Made by a program: the position numbers and the translations under genes. From Callorhinchus milii (lineage: Eukaryota), in NCBI RefSeq assembly GCF_018977255.1, contig NW_024704769.1, positions 3,782,001-3,846,000 of the forward strand: a stretch of 64,000 nucleotides of DNA. Direction: 5' to 3'. Numbering within the stretch: the first letter of the stretch is position 1; each line of letters starts with the position of its first letter. Below the pieces are notes generated by a model. It had not been told where the DNA came from. It did not search any database and saw nothing but the letters and a program-made list of their open reading frames with translations. Positions 1 to 10,872 of the stretch are shown in pieces.

Positions 1-200
1 GGTAAACCGCTGCATCAAATGCAAGGATTATTATTGTTACTTATTAGTAGTATTGAACCCCGTGAAGCGCTCAGAGACGTCTCTGCGACGTGACAAGGCG
101 CTGTATCAAACGCGAGGATGATTAGGATTCGCCCACTCTGGGCTGCCGTGGTGTGTACAGACCCTTCACTGTGTCTATCTCTTGATTCCTTTCTGTTCAG

Positions 201-602
201 TTCCTGGTGGGAACGAAGGGCCAGGAGGGCACTGTGGCAATCGGGGGTCCCTGGTCTCCCTCCTGCGATGGTCCAAACCCAGGCAAGGACCCCAAGGTGC
301 TGATCAGAACGGCCATTCGTACCACAAAGGCCCTGACTGGGATTGACCTGAGCGCCTGTACTCAGTGGTGAGTGGCTGGGATCAGGGGCTCGGGAATCAC
401 CCTCGGGATTACAGGGAGCTGCTGTGGGAACGTTCAGTCATTGGACGAGGCTGACGGTGACACGAGCGCTAAAAGGAACGAGCAGGAATAATGGACGCGA
501 TCGATTGATTGTATGTTCTCGTCGACAGTCACTCCAGAGGCTGATGTGCTACATAGATGGTCACAGAGTGTGAGGGAGAGGAGAGAGAGGCAGAAGGGGA
601 CA

Positions 603-634
<32 letters not shown>

Positions 635-3600
635 CAAACACACAAAGAGTGAGGGTTAGGACTGGAGTGAGGTATGTACTGAAGGTGAGAACACAGTGAG
701 CGAGAGGAGAGACTGATACAGAGTGTGAGAGAGAGTGACTGACAGAGAGAGAGACTAACACAGGGTGAGAGTAAGGAGACTTGCCTAAGACTTTGCCGTG
801 CAGTGAGTCAGGCAGAATTAATGACCTTTACTCACTGCCTCACAGCGTCCGGGCCTGAAAGCTGCTGTGAGAAGTACTGCCGCTCTGTGCTGGAGCTGGA
901 GCTCGGTGGCACGTAACGCAGGGCAATGTTTGAGCTCTCTCTCTGCTCTGCCAAACCCAACCCAACCCACTCTGCGGCTCCGGAGGAGGACAAAGTGTAA
1001 CTTGTCCTTTGATGAGGAACGAACACAAAAGAACAAAAGCACCCAGTGAATCGGGGTGGGGGTGGGGGGCGCTAAGTCCCGTAGAGTAGCGCTCGACTGG
1101 CTCCGGCCTCCTGCTCGTCCCTGCCACCCCCCCCCCCCAGGCTTGTTGTGTTGTGCCCCGCCACTGGAACGCTGTCCTCGGTGAGGAAGGGGGACGCTGT
1201 GTAAATACAAGTCGATGTCGTACGTTCTGAGGCGAAGACAGACACAAGTAGAGAGAGAGAGTGTGTGTGTGTGTGTGAGAGAGACTGACTCGAGAGAGGG
1301 AGACAGAGAGAGATTGACACAGAGAGAGAGCGAGACAGACACAGGGTGAGAGTGAGGAAACTTGCCTAACGTTTCATCGTGCGGTAAATCCTCTTCCCCC
1401 CTCTTGACAGGTTCCGCTTCGCTGAGATCTGTTACTATCAGCCCGAGGAGCATCACGATGGGCGCCCGCTCCCAGCCCACGTGGAGACCTCGGTGGTCTT
1501 CCTGCCCGATGTCTGGCATTGCCTTCCTACTCGCCTCGAGTGGGAGTCACTGACACTCGCCTACAAGCAGCAGCTGTCAGACACACAGCCACCACAGCCC
1601 AAGGACGCCACAGGAGACGAGGCACTGAATTCTCTTCTTTTTTTTTTTACCGCTCCCTCCTTCTCCTCCCGTCGACGCAAAATATCAGCGCGTTTCGCCC
1701 AGAAGATGCACAGTCGTTGCACTTTACGGCGTCTCCCTGCGAAAGCGCTTGGGAGGCCTCTCGGCTGCGCGATAGACAGCGCGCCGTACGTATCGAACGC
1801 GAGGATTGTTGTTGCTATGATCAGGAGATGAAGGCGTTTAAACGTGTGTCGCGGCCTGGCTCAGTTGGTAGCCTCCGAGTCAGAAGGGAAGGTTGGTGGG
1901 TTCAAGCCCCAACAGCACACGTTGGGATTTAGTCGAAGCTGACGCTCCAGTGCAGGGATGGGGGGGGGGTGTTGTATTGTCGGAGATACAATCCTTCAGA
2001 TGAGGCTTTGGGTGTGTTTGTGTGTTGAAGGGAGGGAGGGAGGGAGGGGAAGGGAAGGAGGGAAGGTGTGGTCGCTCAGTTGACTAACTAAGGAGATTAT
2101 GGAGCAAAGCAGGAGCTGGAAATGGGAAACTGAGATTCGTTTCTCAGGCAAACTTAACGGGAGCTAATTCCTTCTCGCAGGCCGAGGAGAATATGGAAGT
2201 TCAAGCAGATGATTCAAGGCCCACTCCCACCCTCTGGAGTCAACTGGAGCCTAAAACAATGAAGGTAAGAGACGTCCCACAGTTGTGCCTGATTCGCGAT
2301 TGAGACCAAAGGCAAATGGGGGATATTCCCTGGGATTTTCTGGGGGGGATAATAATCCCTCCGAAAATGTGATCGCTCAATCCACGGCTGTTTGTGGGGA
2401 CGCTGCTGTGCACAAGTGGCTGCAGCCTTTCACCCACGAAATGCACAGTCACTACACCACCGTATAGCCCGTGAAGCGCTTTGAGGCGTCTCGATGGAGT
2501 GATATGGCGCGGTATCAAGTACGAGGACTGTTATTATTCAGACACGTTTCGGGGCTGTTTAACTTTGCACATTATCGGCCGTTGACGAGTGCTGTTTTCG
2601 CTGAGAAAGGTCGATGATATCGCTAAGGAGCTGCAGACCCGAGGCCTCAGTTCGAAGGGGACAAAGTTACAATTGGTCACGCGGCTGGAGAGGCAGCTGA
2701 GGGAGGAAGAGGAGGATGCAGAGGCGGAGGAAGCGTTGAAAGAAGATCCCGCAGAGGAGGTGAAGACCGAAGACACTGAGGAAGAGAAAGAGGATGAACA
2801 GAAGGAGGTGAGGACGGACTCCTTAGGTTCTCAAAGGCCGACTTCCACCCCTGTGTCTGAGGGGCGGCGCTGGTGAACGTGGGCAGAGCAAGCGAGGGCT
2901 TAGAACCATAGAAATGCACAAGGCGCAAAGAGGCCATTCGGCCCAACCCTTTCAGTCCCATTTCCCTGCTCTCCCCCTCCCTCCCCAATACCCCTGGAGC
3001 TGACTCTTGTTTAAGGTATTTAACCTCAATCCGTCTTCTATCGTCCAGCCTTTCCTATGTTCTTATGAAACGCTTGTCACTGTAGATGGAACAGCAAGCC
3101 GAGGGGAAACAGATGGAGGATTCCGACGCCCCCCGGAAGCCGGAGACAGTCTGCCGCCTGCCCGCCGAGCCCGCTGTGATAGTGAACCCCAACCGTGCCG
3201 CCATGGACCACAAGTTCGGCTGCATTGTCATGTCACTGCAGAGACTGAGGAACTACAGGAACGATTCCATGACACACTCCTTCGAGGTAATTCGCATTCC
3301 CTTCGCCTCGCTCCCTCCCTCGCCTCCTGCAAGGCTCGTCTCAAAACCCTCCTCTTCGACCGAGGCTTCAGCCGTCCCCCCTCTTACCCTCATCCTCCCC
3401 GCCTTCCACCCCCTCCTGATCCCAACCCCCAGCTCGGGTCCAAATCCCTGACTGTCCAGCGCCTTGGGACGTCCTCCCGACGTGAAGAGCGCCGTGTAAA
3501 TGTCACTTGGTATTGTGTTGTGTTGTAAAGCTCGTGTGAGGGCATCGACATGACCTGCAGAACACCGAGCCTGCCACTCGCGTTCCCATCAGTCACAGAT

Positions 3601-6600
3601 AATCTCTACGTGTTTCTTGTGAGTCTTTCGCCACCAACGGAGCGGTTATTAAACAGGAGGGTTGTCATGGGATAACGCCTCAGAGCGCTTAACAGGGGCA
3701 CACACGTAAATGTTTCCCCCACAAAATACACAAGTCAATTCAGAATGCTGTACGGGAGCCCTGTAGCTCAGTGGTTAGAGCCCTCGCCTCGCAAGCCAGA
3801 GGACCCGGGTTCGATTCCTGGGGTCAGGGCGAAATCTTAGGCAAGTTTCCTCACTCCACACACACACGCCTCTGTTTATCAGCAGTAAGTAGGAACCCAG
3901 CTGTCAGTCGATCGGTGGATCGCTTTTCCTGTGGTGGTAATCCCTTTTAAAACAAAATGGTCATTTAATCCATGGCTTTTTGTGGGGACGCTGCTGTGTG
4001 CAATTGGCTGCCGTGTTTCCCCCAAAAAACATACATATATACAGTATATTCTGTGAAGCGCTTTGAGACTTCTCGTTGATGTGACAAGGCGCTATATCAA
4101 ATGCAAGGATTATTATCATTATTGTTATTTACCAGGTGCTGTTACTGGCCGAGCTGTTTGGTGAGATGCTCCAGAGAGACTTCGGCTACACCATCTACAA
4201 GGCTTTGCTGGCGTTCCCGGGAAGAAAGCTGAAGCCGGAGAAGCCGGAGGAAGAAGGGGAAGGGCAGCCGGCAGAGAAGGAAAAGAGCTCGAAGAAAGGA
4301 GGCCAAGAGGAGGTCAAGGAGCCGAAAGAGAGAACGAGCAAATCGCTAGAAATGAAAGAGAACGAGGAGCAGGAGGAAGATTGGGATTGGGAGGAAACCA
4401 AGGTATTGGCTGGTCTCAAAGTAGAGAGAGGGAATACCCACAGGGAGAGAAGAGGCAGCCCAAAGGGTAGGCAGGTTTGTTAACATCAATAAGATGGTTC
4501 CACTGGTTGGGGAATCACATGTAAGATAGCGATCGAAAAGAGAATTTGGGAGGAACTACATCCCGCAGAGGGTAGGGTGGTTTGGAGCTCGCTGCCTGAA
4601 GCGGTTAGCGTAGATGTATTCAGCGCAGCAGCCAATTGCGCACAGCAGTGTCCCACAAACAGTCATGGATTGAGTGGCTGCATTATTATTATTTTTTAAG
4701 GGAATATTATCTCCAGAAAGCGATTCGCCAATCGACTTACAACCGGGTTCCAACTTACTGCGAGGTAATCAGGAGCTTGTGCCTATGTGGAGTAAGCAAA
4801 TTTGCCTAACTTTCCACCCTGACCCACCCGGGAATCGAACCCAGGTCCTCTCCGAGTGCGAGGCGAGTGCTCTAACCGCCACCCTACAGGACTCCCATGT
4901 TAACGGGATGGTATTTGCGTTTGTTTCAGCTGGAAGACGGTGAGAGTAAAGGCAAAGAAGTGAAGGGGAAGCGAGGAGCGGCAGACAGTGAGGCTGCTCT
5001 CCTAGAGATGGATGAAGCTCTCCTCTTGGAAGATAATGAAGAGGAATTTGGTAATGGAATCGCACCTCACTGTTACAAGGTCACAAGATGGGTTTGGATG
5101 AAGAAGGCCCTTCGGCCCATCCGATCTCATCCCTCCAGAACACCCACCCTACCATCCCCCCATCACAGCTTCGAGCTGCTTTTTGAACGAGCGACAGAAA
5201 CAGGAGGAGGCCATTCAGGCCCGCGAGCCTATTCCACCATTCCAACTCCAGTGTCCTGGCCTCAACCATCCTTCCTGGGAACCCTGTTCCAGTTTAGTTC
5301 CTTGATCTAAATGTTAATAATAATCCTGGCATTGGATACAGCGCCTTATCACACCTTCGAGACGTCTCAAAGCGCTTCATAGGATATACTGTGAAGTGAA
5401 TTAACTGTATATTTTGTGAGCGAAACACGGCAGCCAATTGCGCACAGCAGCGTCCGCCACAAACGGTCGAGGATTATTGTAATAACTATTAGCGTTCGAG
5501 CGTCGATGTAGTTGTGATGATGGCTCTTTGCAACGTTTCAGCAGGTGACGAAGAGAAAAAGCTGGAAGGAAAGAGAGCAACTCTAACAGAAACCGAATTG
5601 GTTAAGGAGATGGTAAGGAAGCAGATAATTGAACATATACTTACAAATAAATATTTGCACAGCTTTGGGGGGGAGTGGGACTCGTTGGTAGTTCTTTCAA
5701 TGAGACGGCACTGACACGATGGGCTGAATGGCCTCCTTCTGTGCTGTAATGTTCTATGATAAGAGTTTTCCCAAGAGCCTCATATTCGTTTGGATGAAGC
5801 AAAACCTTCGGCCCATTTATGAATAATAAAAATAATAATCCTTGCATTTGGTACAGTGCCTTATCACATCGCCAAGACGTCTCAAAGCGCTTCGCAGCTG
5901 TGTCCCACAAACAGCCATGGAGCGAGCGACAAATTTTATTTGGGTGATTGTTGGTCAGGACGACCGGGAGAGAAAGGAACCCCCTTCTCTTTTCGAACAG
6001 CGCCCCGCAGGAGATCTTTAACGTCCACCAGAACAGGGCCCAGACGGGGAGTGAGTGAGGTTTAACATCTCAGGACTGCGTCTCCGACAGCAACACCCCA
6101 CCCCACACCCACCCAGCGCTGCATTGGAGCATCAGCTTGGACTGTGTGATTCCAAGACTCGACGGGGGTGGGGGGGGGGCTTGAACCCACAACCTTCTGA
6201 CTCGCGGCGAGAGAGAGAGAGAGAGCGCCAGTGATTGAGCCAGGCTGAGACTCGAGGGTTGTGTTGAGGTTGTGGGTGGAAGGTATAGGAATTGGGGAAA
6301 TAACATGGGTGTGTGGGAATTGTACATGGATTGAGTGACTTCTCTTCTGGCCCTCAGGAGAAAGACGTGAGCCAGATGGTGACCCTGAAGAAGGACCTCC
6401 TGTTGGCCTTTGTGTACTTTGACCGGAATCTGTGCGGCTATGTTCTGGAGAAGGATCTGGAGATGATCATCTGCACAGTGGGACTGCATCTGTCCAGAGC
6501 TCAGGCACGTCATTCTCCCACGAGTCTCCCTGCGCTCCCACACCAGGCTCCGTGACCCTATCGCCCTGGCCCGGCTCCACTGGCTCTCCATCCCCCAGAG

Positions 6601-8999
6601 GATACCGTTCAAAATCCTCGCCCTCACCCTCAAAACCCTCCGCGGCCTCGCTCCTCCCAACTTCTGTGACCTGCTGACTTCATAGCGACCCGCTTGCTCC
6701 CCCCGCTCAGCGGGCTCTGGCCTGCTCCACAACGCCCGCCCGCTCCATCATCGGTGGTCAGGCCTTCAGCCTCTCTGCCCCCACCCTTTGGAACTCGATC
6801 CCACATTCCTTCTGCCTGGCTCCCTCCCTCGCCTCCTTCAAAGCACGTCTCAAGACCCTCCTCTTCGACCAACCGCGCTTTCGGTCACCCTCCTACCCCC
6901 TACCCTCCCCGTCCTCCACCCCCTCCTGATCCCAACCCCCAGCTCGGGTCCAAATCCCTGACTGTCCAGCGCCTGGGACGTTCCTTCCCGACGTGGAAGG
7001 CAATATACACATGTAATATTATACTGTGTTACAGATTAAACAACTGCTCAGTAAGGTGGCCTCACAGAACACGTGTCTGTATCGAACCCTGACAGACGGC
7101 TGGGAAGGAGACCTGGAGAAACTTGAAGACAAGAGTCTCATCTCTGAGGAACTTTTACTTGGTGAGTCTTTTTATTCTGCGTTGTGTGACCCGGAGACGA
7201 GCTCCGATCAGTTCGTTTGACTCCCGAGTGAGGCGCTCTCATCAAACACACTGGAGCAGGCGGGAAGCAAACACAGCCACGCTCCTTGGCTACCTGGAGT
7301 GTGGGTGTGCCTGACTGGGTAGCGCTCCCGTTTCAAGGCCCTCTTCTTCGACCGCGCCTTTGGTCAACCTCCTACCCCCACTCTCCCCGCCCTCCAGCCC
7401 TCCTGATCCCAACCCCCAGCTCAGGGGTGCGGATCCCTGACTGTCCAGCGCCTTGGGACTTCCTCCCGACTTGAACGTAATTTGTTGATGTTGTTTGAAC
7501 TGACTTTGTTCCTTCAGGCAATAAGCACCTTATATCGCACTGCGCCGGTGTGGTGGTCAGTAAACCCGCTGCTGGCAGCAGTAAGACGCGAGCCAGGAGA
7601 GGAGACAGCGGTTTGGTGGAGCACAACGGCACTCTGGTCAACGTGGGCAACTTGGTTCAGAAGCTGGAGCGAGACGAGAGAAACCGAGCGGACATGGAGA
7701 CCAGACTGCGTTCCATGGAGCTCCGGCTCGGTGAGATAGATACCCGGGCGTGTGGTGTGAACACAATAATAACAATCCTGGCATTTGACCCGGCGCCTCA
7801 TCGCGTCTTCGAGACGGCGCAAAGCGCTTCGCAAGATACACCGTACAGTGAAGTGACTGTGTATTTTGTGAATGAAACGCAGCAGCCAATTGCGCACAGC
7901 AGCGTCCCCACAAACAGCCGTGGATTGAAGTGACTGATTTAATATAATAATAATAATTTATTATCATCGCTGTGAGAGGGAAGGTGTGTTCCACCATCGG
8001 CGGCCTCGCTTTCAGTCACTACGCCCCGAAACTCTTGTCACTCCCTTCCTCAATTAAGGCGCTGAATTAAGGGGTACGGGGCAAAGGCAGGTAATTGGAC
8101 TTGAGGTACTGATCAGCCATGATGTAATAGAATGGCAGAACAGGCTCGAGGGGGCTGAATGGCCTCCTCCTGTTCCCGTGCCCAAATCCACGATGAAGCC
8201 ATAGTGACTCGATCTGTCTTTCCCTCCAGATGAAGCCCTTGGGGAGGCCTCTTCGAAGGACAAGGCCAACAAATCCCTGACGGAGGACAAGCAGGAGAGA
8301 CAGAAGAAGTTGGCGGAGCTCGAGGAGCGCGTGAAGGCAGCAGAGAAGCTCAAAGCTTATTATGAGAGCCAGCTACAGGACAACAGCAAGCACTTGACAT
8401 CTCTCGTGGAGGACATTCAGCGCCTCATTAAAAAGGTACCGGCTCGCCTGGCAGCCTGACCACTGCCCTGTGCTTCCATCTCTTGTAACCTAGTGCGTGC
8501 AGGTATCGACTAATAGCTGCCTGTTTCTATCACGGCGAGATGCCAGGCACCACGAGACACTACCCACTGCCTCCGCTCGACTGGCTTGTCCCTCGTTCCC
8601 TCCGTTCCACCATCAACGGCCGCATTTTCAGCCACTACGCCCCCAAGAACTCTGGAGCTCTATCCCTCCGCCTTGCCCCCTCCCTCGTGTCCCATCTTCG
8701 ACCGTGCCTACGGTCACCTCCCCCTCGGCTCGAGGAGTCGTGCTCCGCCACCGTCAGGCGCTCCAGGACGCTGCCCGGGCCTGTGGGGGGGGAGGGTGCG
8801 GGGGGGGGGGGAGTGGGGGTTAACACTGTGTAAATGCAAGTTGTTATTTTTAAACAGTTGCCTTGAACGAGAGGGAGGGAGGGAGTCAGGGGGAACTGGG
8901 GGTGCGGTTTCGGGAGCAGAAATGGTATGTTATTTCTGACGGTTAAAAGCCAAAGTCTCTTTCCTTTAGAACAATGCAGCCGCAGAGAAGAAGAAGTGA
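201..8999 (+). CDS. CCAR2: CCAR family protein, 3' 13 exons (5' end outside window); probable CCAR2/DBC1 orthologue with NUDIX-like, SAP, EF-hand-like and coiled-coil regions
   Basis: Exons 201-367, 1411-1621, 2181-2264, 2610-2807, 3086-3286, 4136-4402, 4930-5050, 5545-5612, 6358-6504, 7035-7161, 7518-7730, 8230-8435, 8970-8999 (TGA) join in frame. Family motifs: AIGGPWSPSCDGPNP, IDLSACTQW|FRFAEI, VFLPDVWHCLPT, HSFE|VLLLAELFGEMLQRDFG, LLLAFVYFDRNLCGYVLEKDLE, LHLSRAQ|IKQLL. Family call is secure. CCAR2 rather than CCAR1 is inferred from divergence and from linkage to H2AZ2/POLM. Confidence 0.82.
3755..4130 (+). mobile_element. tRNA-derived SINE family A, full-length copy
   Basis: A box TAGCTCAGTGG, B box GGTTCGATTCC, body, Deu-type 3' part (ATTGGCTGCCGTGTTTC), L2-like tail and (ATT)n end. 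Confidence 0.88.
5820..6250 (-). mobile_element. SINE family B (SacSINE1/DeuSINE-like)
   Basis: Reverse strand reads gagtcagaaggttgtgggttcaagccc...gctgatgctccaatgcagcgctg...ggtggacgttaaagatc...gtcctgaccaacaat, then the shared 3' part. Other copies at about 35590-36030, 42195-42550, 43425-43760, 49310-49620, 58810-59135 (-) and 51290-51470, 57270-57450 (+). Confidence 0.8.
6540..7025 (+). mobile_element. L2 LINE 3' fragment filling a CCAR2 intron
   Basis: Degenerate ORF2 C-terminus (LARLHWL.I.QRI.FKILAL..KTL.GLAP, IGG.AFS...P.LWNS.P, SFK..LKT.LF), 3' UTR and tail. Other L2 3' pieces at about 3290-3520, 7300-7480, 8520-8840, 14240-14440, 26700-26860, 39300-39435, 49980-50160 (+) and 11308-11390, 12700-12860, 13630-13790, 15340-15640 (-). 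Confidence 0.85.
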
Positions 9000-9750
9000 C
9001 GAGGCACACGGGGACTGTGCTGTAATGTTCGCCCTCTGACAGAATAACACCAACCAGCACTGGATACGTACATCCCTGTGTTGCCCGCTCCGACCCTCCC
9101 TGACGTCTGTTCAAGAGCCTGAGTGAAACAAAATGGCTCAGGTTTTATAGTTGTGCCAGTTGTGTGATGTGCATCGGGAGCGTATCATTAAATATGTTCA
9201 GGATACGCTCTGAGGAACTAAGGATTTATTGTATATTTTGTACTACGGGCCGTAATTTTAGCAGGACCCACAGAAGGAGGGTAACGTTAGGTTAATCATC
9301 ATTCATTCCTGCGTCTCCAGCTGGGAGTTCATTAATCCTCGCGTTTGATCGAGCGCCTTATCACGTCTTCGAGGCGACTCTCTAAGCGCTTCACAGGATA
9401 CACTGTAGAGTGGATTGACTGTATTTTGTTTCCGTCGCTTCCTGTTTGTTCACATCTGGAGATCATTTGAAACGCAGAAAGGAGAAGAATCAAAGATCTC
9501 TGTGTCTCCGTCTCCTCTTATCTACGCCGCTCCCATGATAGGTGCATTTGGATGTAACAAGCCCTCAAATGCCACAACTGTTGACCTGACAGGGCCTAGT
9601 CCTTGAATTCATGCCTCAGGTCTGACCCAATGTTCATTGCCGTGAGAAACGTTAATCTTCCTCACGTGGTTTCAAATCTTTTTCATTTCTCTGAATGTCA
9701 ACTTAAACCTTATGCTGAAAATCCTCTTGTTACGGTTAACAGGACGTCAT

Positions 9751-9756
9751 AATAAA
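9751..9756 (+). terminator. AATAAA polyadenylation signal, probable CCAR2 3' end
   Basis: First canonical AATAAA about 750 nt after the stop codon, followed by T/GT-rich sequence. Confidence 0.55.
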
Positions 9757-9794
9757 CATTCTCAGTTTATAAAACCTGCAATTTTTGTAGTGTC

Positions 9795-9800
9795 TTTATT
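9795..9800 (-). terminator. AATAAA polyadenylation signal, probable DAPP1-like 3' end
   Basis: TTTATT on the + strand, about 1.08 kb downstream of the DAPP1-like stop codon. Confidence 0.45.
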
Positions 9801-9807
9801 TTCTCCC

Positions 9808-10152
9808 AATAATAATAATAATAATAATAATACTTGCATTCGTTACAGTGCCTTATCCCGTCTCTGAGACATCTCAAAACGTTTTGTAGGTTACACTGTA
9901 AAGTGAATTGACTATTTTGTGGGCGAAACTTGACAGCCAATTGCCCACAAACAGCCGTAGATTGAGTGACCAAATTTTAATAACGCTTGAATCGAGGGAA
10001 GAACCGAGGAATGACGGTGAAGCTTCTTGAGAAGAGTTGCAGAGGCACGTGTGTGGAGTAAGTAAACTTACCTAAGTTTTCGCCCCACCCGGGAATCGAA
10101 CCCGGGTCCTATCACTTGGTCAGTGGTCTAACCACTGAGCTACAGGACTCCG
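9808..10152 (-). mobile_element. SINE family A copy
   Basis: Reverse complement of head, body and (ATT)n tail. Confidence 0.85.
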
Positions 10153-10872
10153 CGACTCTGTGACACAGGAAGTATTCACACCACCATGAGCTTCCTTTTT
10201 ACGAGTCCACAAGCCATCATCGCTTTTAACTGAGGGAGCAGTCAGCACTTCAAACTGGCACAGCACACAGAATGCATTGCCAGAAATGGTACATTTACCT
10301 CAGTAACCTGGTGACACCCCAAACCCCACGCAGTCTTGGCCTTAAGATTATTGCCCTGCGACTCTTCTAAAGCAGTCTTAAATTCAGTCTCTGTTCGGAC
10401 ACCGTCATTCCTCAGTTCTTCCCTCGATTCAAGCGGGTTTTTCATTGGGTTGTTATATTAGCTTCTTTACTGCTACGTCAGTCAGCACATCATTGTGTGT
10501 TTGGAAACCACTCTTTTCCAGCACATCACTCAATACTCTCACTTTCCCCACTGTCTCCTGTTTACCAGCAGTTAGCTTTGTGTTAGTGAATCCTCACACA
10601 ACGCTGTGAAGCTTCTTGAGAAGAGTTGCAGAGGATTTCAAAGAGCTGTTCATGTGGCGATGGATTGGTGAACGTTCCCTCTCCCCCAGGGAGCAGATCT
10701 CTTATGATAGACAAGAGTTCATTTCAATTCCTCTGGGCTGTGACTGTCCTCTTGCTGTCCTGCCTTGTGTTGTGTGGCCACAGCAGCTTGGTGAAGCGAT
10801 GGCGGAAATCAGGAGATGTGGTGAGAACACAGCCAAACCGCTCCATCCCACCGTCAGCCACAACACATTCAT

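Noticed and set aside
3755-3835. tRNA-like cloverleaf with A and B boxes (many similar copies)
   Set aside because: Each copy continues into SINE body and tail and copies are degenerate. These are SINE heads, not tRNA genes.
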